64,000 nt of DNA from Geosiphon pyriformis uo1 (lineage: Eukaryota > Fungi > Glomeromycota), in NCBI GenBank assembly GCA_016748015.1, contig JAAOMT010000226.1:1-64000 (forward strand), in the 5' to 3' direction. This document shows positions 1 through 10,817 of the stretch, in pieces (within the stretch, counting starts at the first letter, position 1; every line of letters begins with the position of its first letter). The notes beneath the pieces are model-generated. The model made no database searches and was not told the origin of the DNA. It saw only the letters and a program-made list of their open reading frames with translations. Made by a program: the position numbers and the translations under genes.

Positions 1-862
1 TTACTAAAAAGCTTTAACTTGAAAAGTTAAAATGTACCATTGTGTATAATAAATCTGCTCTAAAATTATAATGCCAAATTAAAAATAAATAATTAACAGT
101 TTTCATATACATGTATAAAAAATTTATAAGTGATTGCCAAGTTAATTATGTTTCTCATTGTTATTCCTATTTTCAATCTAAGTGAAACAAATAGCTTCGT
201 TTTTGGGAGCCTGAATGAACAAATCTAAAAATATCAATGCTTAAAATTTTTTTAGATATTTTTAGTATATGTATATCTTTAATCTAGATCATAGAAAATA
301 AGCCAAGCCTTTTATATTTTCTCTTTTCTTTTCACAATATTTAAAGTCATTAAGTTCACAGCTAAAATTATCAAACAAAGCCTTTATTGATTTTAAATAA
401 GTACTAATTTTAAAAAGGTTAGTTTAAAACTGCATTTATGTGAAGTCTAATTCGTTCATTTCCTCGGGTTTAACTTGTGACCAAGTGGTTTGAACATGAG
501 ACTTATTATAGGAATGATATTGTAAAGCAAAGATGTTTTGATAATAGTTGTAAGATATTAATTTGATCAAACCTGAATCACTAATTGTGCATAAAAATAT
601 TGAGATCACACTAACTCCTACAAACTACGAGCGTCACAGCCAGATAGTTGGTCTTTTTATGAATGAAATTAAGAAGCTTTCTCGCGATTAGTAATTTTAT
701 AACCAAAAATAACTGATAATTGCGTACTGAGGTAAAATATGTTTAGAATAATTTAAAAGATATAAAGCGTTAGTCATTTTCTTTTGTCATATAAATTTGA
801 CGCGGGAACCTATTAAGATTTTATATGTGTTAAACTTGATTTAAATAAGGAAAAGGCAATAA

Positions 863-2627
863 ATGTTTTCTATATTTCCTGCTCAAGAGAGTGTGGTAAG
901 TTCAATTTTTTTGCATAATTTTTAATGGAATTATTTAATAAATTTTTTTTAAATAACTTTCACCTAGTTCCAAGTGACAAAGACATTACACAAATTATAA
1001 CAGCAACGTTACTTTCTATACTGTATTTCTTCTACTTATTATTTCTATCATATCAAATATGGAGCGATAAGCCAATACTTGAGAATTCACAACCAGAATA
1101 TGTTCAGTTCTTTAAAGCGCCAGGTAAGAAAATTTATATTGGAAATATTCACTTCAAAACTCAATTTAAATATGACAAATTAACGAGGTAGAATTCATTC
1201 TATAATTTCAGATGTTGAGATGTGTTGTTATGGTACCGATATAGAAATTGTACGATGTGACTTTACTTGGCAAAACTTTACTACCGTACCATTCGATAGC
1301 TGTGCTCGTCCAGATGGAACACCATGGCTCACAGCTGGTCCAAAGATAAATAATCACGATTTCTGTTACTTGTTTAGCGGAGGTGACAATTTATTCTATG
1401 GCGATAAAGATCAAAAAGGAGATTATTTGCGGTCATTAGGATTTTATTTTCAGTTTAAGAATATAACAGGATATAATAGTTTAAGTATAACTGTTCCTAT
1501 TATAGCGGTTAGTAAATTGCTTTCGCTTTATTTGGGGTTTTTTGGATATTAAACGAGATTTAAAGTTTTTAACTTCTAAATCTTAATATAGATACTATTG
1601 TTGGATCCTGATTTTAATCCACTTTTGAATAAGACTAAAACGAATGCTCAAGAGGTACGAATCATAAAGTTTTTAGTATTTTTTCGAAAAATTTTAATCT
1701 TCAAATTTTCTAGTAGAACGCAAATTTTATATTAAGAGAAAATAATTTTGGTGCGATTTTCAACCAATCCACTCTTGTAAGTGAAATTCACTAGAATTTT
1801 CATTTTATCTATTTTCTTTCTCTCTTAAATTTAATTTCTTATCTTCTGTAGGTAAAAATGGCTTTCACAAAATTCCAAGGAATAAAACCAGATGACTTCA
1901 GTAGTCTTTTAGGACTAAAACCTAACTAAATCAACAGAAAATAAATAAGCGCAGTTGCCCATGATCATCCATTACGTCAGAGTGATAAATTTGGTCCTGA
2001 CCGTAAATATAGTGGATATTTTCAACTGGAAGTGGGTATTTTCACAGTTGAAGTGCTAACCCAGAAGCGGTGAGGGGTAATTTAGCTAGATTATGAATAA
2101 AATGATTTCTTTTACTAACGCTCTCAATCTCAAACTGTCGAAAAACAATACTTGGATCCTTTGGTGTCGCTGGTCTTTTTTTGTATGAAGCTTTAAGATT
2201 TAAATTGGATAATATTGATTTTATTACAAATAGGTATAATTTTTACACTATACTCCTTTTTATACGGCGATCAAAAATTAAAACCTTGGTAAATTTTTCT
2301 GAACATGAAACTTGAAATATTGATTATTTTTATGTTTACTGGGATTAATCAAATTTTAATTCTTAAAACTACAGGGGACTAATGCATCGTATTGTGAAAT
2401 TGAGAGTACGAGATTCTGCACAAATGCGTAATGTACCCTTGATATCCCCCTTCAACGAAATCGCAAGCCAAGAGCTAACACAAGAAGAACAAATGGCACT
2501 TGTCAAAGACCGTATAAAAGAATTAGAAGGCATATTATCGAATTATTGTTTTGATACGACACCATTAGAACGGCTTAGCCATCGAGTTAAATACATGCAG
2601 CAGCCACCAGTTTTTGATGAGGTTTAG
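863..2627 (+). pseudogene. Multi-exon two-transmembrane membrane protein gene (DEG/ENaC-like topology), probably pseudogenised
   Basis: GT-AG exons join ORFs 925..1191, 1220..1552 and 2382..2627. Layout is TM1 IITATLLSILYFFYLLFLSY, a Cys-containing extracellular loop, TM2 ILGSFGVAGIIFTLYSFLYG, then DQKLKPW/GLMHR. Two in-frame TAA (1927-1929, 1942-1944) and an acceptor reading CG instead of AG at 2139-2140. First exon and start are uncertain. Confidence 0.65.
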
Positions 2628-3995
2628 AGATAATGAATTAGTCTTTGATTTTACAACTTGGATACAAAACAAAATTCTACAATCCAATTTCTATGTTATA
2701 GATAACAAGTATTCACTTTGAATATTTATTTTGTAATTAACTCTCCCATCTTTTTTGAATTTTGAAAAAGGAGCCTATGCCTTAGTTTTTAAGAACTACA
2801 TTCTCGAGTAGTTTTTGAGTGTTTAACTTTTATACAAAAGAAACCTATTTACTAAACTTCAGTAAAAATATATGATTTAATATCTTTTTACAGTTTGGAA
2901 AAGAGAGAAAGAAAGGCCATTAACTAAAAGTCTTAATAATAAGTTTGAACCTACTTGTGCTTTAGATTTTTGCGCAGTATTTTGAGGAATAGTTTTATTA
3001 GATGTTAATAATACATTAGCAAACGACTCATTATCAGCCATACTTGTAAGTGAAAGATTACAATCAAAAAATTTATATAGAAAAAAGCAGATTAAAAGAT
3101 AATTTTTACATTAAAATTAACAGCAAAGCTTTTTAATTTAAATCAAGCCGATTCGAGAACTTTTAGACGGACTTTTATTATATAATTCGAATTGAATGAA
3201 ATTAAAAACACACGAACATTTTCAAACTCAATGTTAATAATTTAAACTTGAATTTGATATCATGTTTAGACATTTCACTTATTACATATATAAATTTTGG
3301 TGATTGAAAAAAATAAAATTTTTTGGATATTTGAAGAATTTCAAAATTTACATGATTTGGTAAATTTGTACCCATATTTAAAAACTAGGTTAAGATTTAC
3401 AAAATAATAAATTTATACTTTATGCCATTTGTGATAAATACTGTATTAATTTTGAATGAATATTAACAATTCAAAATCAAAAGATGAATATGATTTATAA
3501 AAGCTATGTTTAATAAATAAATATTGATGAAATATAAGCTGAAGAAATCTATCATTAATTTTCGAATTCAGTTGTTCAATCCGGCTTAATTTTGGCACCA
3601 TTTTTCGTATGATAAATTATTTTTTAGAGATTCATGACGATGCTTTTAAAGTGAGAAACGTGTACAATTATAATGGAAATTTATTATTCACACAAATATT
3701 TTTTACAATCAAGAACCTTTTATGTAGTATATATAAACAAGAAAGCAATTAATTGACTTTTTAGTTCAAAATATTGAAATGTAGAACATTCTTAACTTTG
3801 TTTCCATTCTATCAATCTTTACTAATGCCAAAATTCTTCCCTTTCACTCGAATTATATGAATTATTTGTTTCACAAGTATGTTAATGACTCGGATAAAGA
3901 GTTACGAGATTAAGATTTAAGAAAAATTGAGTTTTTCATTCATCATAAAAAAATTTTGGACTCTTTTATATCTTACATTTCAAACATAAAAAATA

Positions 3996-4151
3996 ATGAA
4001 GCGTGTCGATCTTGAAGGCAATATTATTGCTGCCGATAACTTTCTCAAAGATGCTCAGGCCAATGGAGAAAGATACTTCTCAGAGGGGCTAAATGAATTT
4101 AAAAAAGCCATAGAAAAGTTAAGAAGTTGGATAGTAGTCCTATGTCCTTGA
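3996..4151 (+). other. Short ORF (51 aa), possible gene fragment
   Basis: MKRVDLEGNIIAADNFLKDAQANGERYFSEGLNEFKKAIEKLRSWIVVLCP*. Locally higher GC and helical, protein-like composition; no family recognised. Confidence 0.25.
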
Positions 4152-4439
4152 AGAAATTTTTTAACACTATCGTAAAGATATTCCAATATAAAGACATTAC
4201 AAAATTTTCATATTGTTCAAACGAAAGTTATAAGATTAGTTTGAAAAACTTAATTACATATCCAATTATAAAATAACTATATTTAACGATAATACCAAAA
4301 GTTGTGTCTCTCTTAACCTCCTTTTTTTAAATCTAGAGAAAACAAAATGTTAGGTACAATAGTAAATAATTTTCTCAGTTTAATCTTTGAATAATTATTA
4401 TACTTTAGTTTTCAAGGACTCTCATTCCTTGAACCTCCA

Positions 4440-6017
4440 TTAAACACACTTCTTCATCGTGACACCCATGTATGGTCCCCAATGACTCTCAGAAAATATT
4501 TCAGTTTTCGAATTAGAACATTCCTATTGCAAAAAATTAAGTTTAAATATCATAATTTATCATTTATCTTTAAACTTTAAGAGATTTGAAAGACTAACCC
4601 AACTTTCGAAATTAAATTGTGGTTGGCATTCGAATACTTTTTCATTCTCATTAATCCAAAACTCTACTCCAAAATGATTATAATACCAAGGGTACCACGA
4701 TGTCGGATATTTAACACGATCATCGTAATGTCGAGTAACTCGATATATAGAAATTTGATTTTTTTCTAATAAAGAATTTGCCCAATATGCGAAAACAAAA
4801 TTAGCAATACGTGGGCTTCCAAATGTGTACACTTCTGTTTTTAGATGAGGATTAATGCCGATATAAGACAGTGCGACAAGGATCGCCAATGCTAAATAAT
4901 TTTACGATGATCAAAATTTATGTTTAGATATAACCTTTAAAAACCAAATAATCTCGAAGATTCGTTAACTTTCAGATATATACCACCACCACTTCCATGT
5001 CCAGTAAAAGCAATTCTTGAATCTGGATATTCCGATGAGATATTTTCCACCAATTTTCCCATATTCTGTGAGCCATTCAAAAATACCTCATATATATATT
5101 GATTAACTCGACGAGGCTTAATATATATAGTGTACAATGGGAGTAAACCTTGCGAATAGAATTTTTCGTCATTTCCCTTTATGGAAAAGATTACAGTCTT
5201 TGACGAGCCGTCAATTATTGTCTTTGCTAATTCAAAATATAAAATTAGTTTTATTTTAAACCCATTTTTCAATCTATCATGATTTTTTTCAAAAAATATA
5301 GCTTTCGTTTTACCAGAAAAATCAGTTGCCATTAGAAAAACTTCCCCTGATCTATCACAATACACCTGGTTCGCATAATCCGCAAAATTTTCCAAAATTT
5401 TCAGAATTGTCGTGTTTGTTACCAGAAGTGTATCTTTAATTGGTGAAGTTTGATTTAAAGGAATTCGAGATTCCGGGAAAATATCTTTTGATTCTGTCAA
5501 ACTTTCAGCTAGTGAATAGGTTCCGAGGAAAGCTTTTAACATAGATGGTGAATTATATTCTACTGGCTGATCTAGGATTTGTGACGATATTATATTTTCA
5601 AGATTTGTTGTGACCTCTTGGTTATCTAGGAGCTTTACATTTTCATCAGATTCAAAATTAAAAAGATTTTTAATGAAGTCAAATTTATTTGATAGTGGAT
5701 TTTGTGGAATATATATTCCATCGTTCGAACTTTGAAAATAATCAGTTTGGCCTAACTCTTTTGGAATATCTTTGCTATTAATATCGCTTTCTCCTAAAGT
5801 ATTTTTCAATAATTTTATTCAATAATATTAGATAATAAAATTGAACATAATTTCTTTCCATACCAGTAATTGAGAATCCTATTTCTTTTATTTGGTTTTC
5901 ATTGATAGATTTTAAAATGGCTGCACTTATCGTTGAAATTTTATCGAAACATGTTTTAAATAAAAATATGAACAAGAGTAAAAGCAAGTTCTTTGAAATT
6001 GAAAATTGAGTTTTCAT
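4440..6017 (-). CDS. Secreted class-3 (fungal triacylglycerol) lipase-like protein, intron-containing, altered nucleophile motif
   Basis: N-terminal hydrophobic signal (MKTQFSISKNLLLLLFIFLF) and long pro-region. Core motifs are FADYANQVYC, IAFTGHGSGG/ALAIL, VYTFGSPRIAN, YRVTRHYDDRVKYP and YNHFGVEFW. Last exon ECSNS..SESHWGPYMGVTMKKCV* ends with TAA at 4440-4442. Confidence 0.85.
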
Positions 6018-6104
6018 ATTAAAGAAAATGAGTAATAATAATCTTTCTTGTACAGAAAATTTTTAATATAACTCAAAAAAAAAAAAAATTTTCTTTACAC
6101 TAAT

Positions 6105-6300
6105 AAATATTTTATTCTTTAGGTGATGTATATTATGTTTCAGGATATTGATTAACTAATTTCGGTTAAGATTCTCTTACCATTAATTAATATTTTATTC
6201 TTTTAAGTGATGTGTAAAAAACAAAGTTATATGTTTCAGAATTTTAATTAGCTAATTTCAGTCAAGATTCTCTTTACCCATAATTAATATTTTATTCTTT
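6105..6300. repeat. Degenerate tandem duplication (~85-100 bp unit, about 2.3 copies) upstream of the lipase gene
   Basis: aatattttattcttt occurs three times; tatgtttcag..attaRctaatttcRgtYaagattctctt occurs twice. Confidence 0.75.
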
Positions 6301-7185
6301 GAAAAAAAAGTTACGATAATTTAAAATTCTCAATCAAAGATCGATCTAATCCAAACTCTAGAAAATTGAATCTTCATATATAGTAACACCAATTTAGGAT
6401 GTACTAATGAAATCACATTTAATTTGCAATTTTGGCATCTTTATTATAGGGTTTAGACTAATAGGTTGCAGAAGACTAGATGATTATAAATTTTGAAAAT
6501 AGGCCCTATTTGAAAAGATTCGATAGATACATAGAATTTAATGAAAAGAACTATTCTTTTTTCATGATTCGAAAAACTTTATACACATTGAAAAAGAAAT
6601 CTACAGCTTTATTTCTGAACCAGTAATAATAGAGTGCCCATAAGATCTTTCTTTTCTACAATAGCGTTCTAGCCTATTTTGAAAATTATTCCCATAAAGT
6701 AAGGTGTTAATTTAACACTTTCGGCTTTACTATCTCCAAAATAAAAAAGGAAATTTTCATTCGGTCTAACTATTTACCTAGAAATTACCAGTATTCCACT
6801 AATTAGCTGACCAGCTTCCTTATCATCGCATCGCATAATCTTTGAGTGGCTGTCTCGAAGTAAAGGAGTATTTGTATTTTTGGCTTTGAGTCTAGTGATT
6901 AAGTTGGTTTATATTGTGGAATCTAAGAAGCTTTGATTCAATATTTGATTGAAAATGTAATGGTTAAAGGTTTACAAACTGATAATTATGGTCATAGAAG
7001 TTATATCAAAGAAGTAAAAAGTTTCTGAATAGATTCTAAATCATAAAAAAATCTTGTGTTCAATAAATTCCCAAATTGTGAGATTAACCTAATAGCATAC
7101 AACTTTTAACTTGAATACTAAAAAATATTTTGGTCAAAATTTGGAATTGAATTTAAATTTAATCATTTATTTTGTTCCTGTCTTA

Positions 7186-8020
7186 CCTTTTTCCTAACCC
7201 CTCAACTCTGGGAGTCGATTAATATTGTCATAGTTTAAGAAATATGGATAGTATTCCTGCCCAGTTAAAGTCTATCAACTAAGATGTTAGGGTGCAAAGG
7301 TCAGCAAAAAATATTGTTATAATGCAGCGTTTCAATGGACTTCCAGTATCCTTGATAATTATTTAATAATAATTATACTGGAAAAACCCGTATTCTTGAA
7401 TTTGAATAGTATCAATATATTTCATTATTACCATATAAAAACAAATGTTTTTTCTTTGCTAATATAATTCATAGTCTTTCCAAATTTACTGGATAATTTG
7501 TCTACATTTCAATTATAAACACAAAATAATAATATTTTATTTAGTTTCCAAGCATAATGCTTGAAAAAGTTGCACCAAATTTTCCCTTAATTCTTTTCAA
7601 AAACTGATTTATTTAAAAATTAATAAACAGGTTGGAAAGATCAAAGTATTTTCATTGTGATAACTATTTACTTTATAGTTTAACTGTTCATATTAAATAT
7701 TCTTATCTTTTTTGTTATCTTTTTCAGTCACTAAGAACCGCTGGATAATTTTCGAACATTCCAGAATAACACAAACTATTTCATTAATAACTTTGATTTT
7801 GCAACAATTTACAATATAATTAAAATATGATAATTTAATTTTTTGTGATATCCTGAATTTTGAGCAAATTTTTGATATTTTAAAAAAATTTTATGCAAAA
7901 CTAATACAGAAAAATAATTCAGACTTGATGAATCAGCTGGAGCTGGTTGTTTCTGTGCCGCCTGTTCGTCGACCGTACTATTGTCGGTGGATCAATGTCC
8001 ATGCTCTCGTTCTAACTCAT
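7186..8020 (-). pseudogene. Degraded protein-kinase-like gene relic (resembles Crinkler-type fungal kinase domains)
   Basis: Minus strand 7186-7355 reads, across frameshifts, IETLHYNNI-FADL-PNILV-LIDFNWAG-YPYFLNYDNI, matching the HxxxxxxxDLRxPNIL...IDFDWAG...YP pattern. A coding-like N-terminal fragment lies at 7925-8020 (MS*NESMDID/STDNSTVDEQAAQKQPAPADSS). Linkage of the two pieces is inferred. Confidence 0.5.
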
Positions 8021-8908
8021 TTTTATTTAGTTGATCTTAAATAGAACAGAACTCTAAGATGGGAAAATTTTTAGAGATTTGCAGTTTTGAAAAAAGAGTG
8101 CCCAAGGAGTTAATGGCAAATGACCTGAGATTCAATGGCGAGGCACTCAAGGCAAAAACTAGTATAATAGGGTAACAACTATTAGACTTGTAATTAGGTT
8201 AGATTTTAAACTTAAATCACATGAGGATGCAAGTTAAATCATAAATAAAGTTATACTAAAAATGGAGAAGAGTAAATGATTATGTTATATGAGGTATTTT
8301 TAGGTTAGCGATCAGACGAATAATAATTACCTCTGAATGATACGATCAGCTCTGAAAAAGCTATTACTTTTACTATAAATGAGATTATAAATTTGACCGA
8401 TCCGGGAAAAAGTTATTTCAAATGAGATTATGCTAAAAGTTTAGGAAGTTTTACCCACTCACTTATTTATAAAAATAATCAAGTTTTTAAATAGTTGAAA
8501 TCAAAGAATTAGAAGACTGTTCTAACTCCTTCCCTTTAGAAAATCTTGAATAAAATATTACTTTCTTCAATTTTCACAATAAAAAGATAAGATCGATCAT
8601 AATTATAATTATTAAATTGTGCATTTATCCTTGTAACCTCAAAAAAGCCATATATTAAATACCCCCAGAGTTGGTAATAACTTTGACTGAGCCCATATTT
8701 TAACTAAAAAATAGAAGGGAACGCAGGAATTTTTATTTTTAGAAAAGGAGTTCTTGGAAAGTATAAAGAGAGAGAAAGAAATCTCTGAAGAATAATCATC
8801 AAGCTTTTTAAATATTAAATTCTTTTTCCAGCTCAATTACACATATTAATTGAATCTTCCGTTACGAAAACTTTTAAATTTTTTTTAAAACCAAATCAAT
8901 TTTTAGAA

Positions 8909-9451
8909 ATGATCAAATTTCATCACCTCCTTTCGCTTTTCCCTATTCTGGTTACTATTTTTCTAACCTTAAACTCAATTCATGCCCAACTTCAGGAATA
9001 CATTCCTCCATCTATACGTGGTCAATTCGCCTATAACATCACCAGTCCTAAAAACAATACTCGTTATGTAGGGGAAAACGCAACGATCACTCTTCAATAC
9101 GTATTTGAGAAGATCCTTTCATTTGAGATCACTGCGTTGGATGTAAATTTGTACAGTGCCAACGGGACAGAATTGAAGTCAATTATTAGAAGAGCCCCGA
9201 CTGAGGAGGGGTCATATAGAATTATTAAAAAGTTTGCTGAAGGACTGGAGACTGGAAATTATATTGTTAGATTTAATGAGGTAAAATCTGAGATGAAATT
9301 TTTTTTAACTATTCTTATAAATTTTATTAAAATACTAAGATTCTAACTCAATTTTTTTAAATTTTTTTTTTCAAAGACCAAGAATAGAGGAATTTACTTT
9401 ACAACTATCTACCTTTATACTGATTTTCTAATCAAGTATACTAAAAAATAA
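8909..9451 (+). CDS. Small secreted protein (148 aa, 2 exons), predicted beta-rich
   Basis: Signal peptide MIKFHHLLSLFPILVTIFLTLNSIHA. Exon 1 8909-9280, GT-AG intron 9281-9376, exon 2 TKNRGIYFTTIYLYTDFLIKYTKK* in phase 0. Sequons NIT, NNT, NAT, NGT. Confidence 0.8.
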
Positions 9452-9979
9452 TCAACTTGAAGAAAGAAGTTTTCAAATTTGAAATTTATAATTAAATAAA
9501 CATTATTTATTAATCGAAAAGTTGGACACATCTTAAAAGATTAGAAATACTTGATAAATGTGATTTTGAAATATTCAAATTTAGATACGAATAAATGATT
9601 ATTTTGTTACCATTTTTAAAATAAAATACTACAATAAAATGATTACAAAAAAATAGTATGTGGGATCAAAAAAACTGAGAGTTGAAACAGATTCAATTTA
9701 TTTCGATTTTCAAACTTTTCAAATTTTGACTCGAATAATCAAGGGTCAATTGAGAACATTCAATGTTCTTTGGATTGGATCAAGTTTTAACTATTGATAA
9801 TATTTTTCAATATCGCTTTACTGAGAACAATTTTTATTCAGTTCAATTTTTGATCTAGTTAGTTAGCATAATGCAGTTATTCTCAGCTAGAGAAAGCTTA
9901 AGATATTAAAATATTGGATTGAAGAATCCAAAAATTTATACTCAAGAAATTGTCATATCAACCAAGTTTTTTTTTTTTT

Positions 9980-10673
9980 AAACAAAATTGTATTTTCTAG
10001 AATATTTTCAATAATTTTATTTTTATTTCAAATATTTAATATTTTGTTTTTATAAATCAAAATTGTTTAAACAATTAAGTCAAGTATTAAAAACAAAAAT
10101 AGATTATACAAACAAATAACAATAAGAATATTTTATTTTTTATATATATATAAATTTTTTATTAATATAGTTGTAATCTTTTATAATAAAATTAATTAAT
10201 ATTACAAAAAGCAAAATATTGTTATGGGTTCTTTTCAGTTGAATTTTTTTATTGTTATTACTGAACTATTTGAATTTTTATTCTTTGAATAAATTAGAAT
10301 AAACAAGAAATTGTTTAGTTTTTATAATTAAGTTTGTTTCTAAATGAAATTTAAATTAATAAAAGAGTTTTTAACTTTATTAATAGAATTTTTTAGTTTA
10401 AAAATTTAATACAAAACATATAGTAGTAGATTAAATACAAAATTACAGGTATCACAGTATTTGAAATAATAAAAAATAAAACAGTAATTACTCAATTTAG
10501 TGTTAAAACTTTTTAAACATTGTTTTTGTTTTTCTTTTATTAAAATAAATATTTAATAATACTTTTAAAAGATCAAATAAAGTTTGTTTACCAGTATATT
10601 TGAATGTTTATTTAATTTATAAAACTTTAATAAAAGTAATTTTGTTAAATTTAGTTAAAATACTTTATTGTAA
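9980..10673 (-). mobile_element. Hypermutated ghost fragment of a dUTPase-type Gypsy (Cys-rich domain to dUTPase start)
   Basis: Minus strand reads KQFLVYSNLFKE*KFK*FSNNNKKIQLKRTHN versus Gypsy B EQYIALPDLSKKQELKWYSDNGKGIMPEHVHD. 10425-10545 aligns by eye with 30595-30712. Confidence 0.6.
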
Positions 10674-10817
10674 TTTTTATTTTTATTTTTTTATTTTATT
10701 TTAACAAGCGAAGTCCAAACACTGTCTAGTGACAATACATCAAAATAATGATCTAAATTAGGTGTGAATTATGCTTTTTCTACACGTGATTAGCCATTCA
10801 AGCCAACCAGAACTACA

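Noticed and set aside
8639-8836. 65-aa minus-strand ORF upstream of the secreted protein
   Set aside because: Non-ATG start, no motifs; likely promoter or intergenic DNA.
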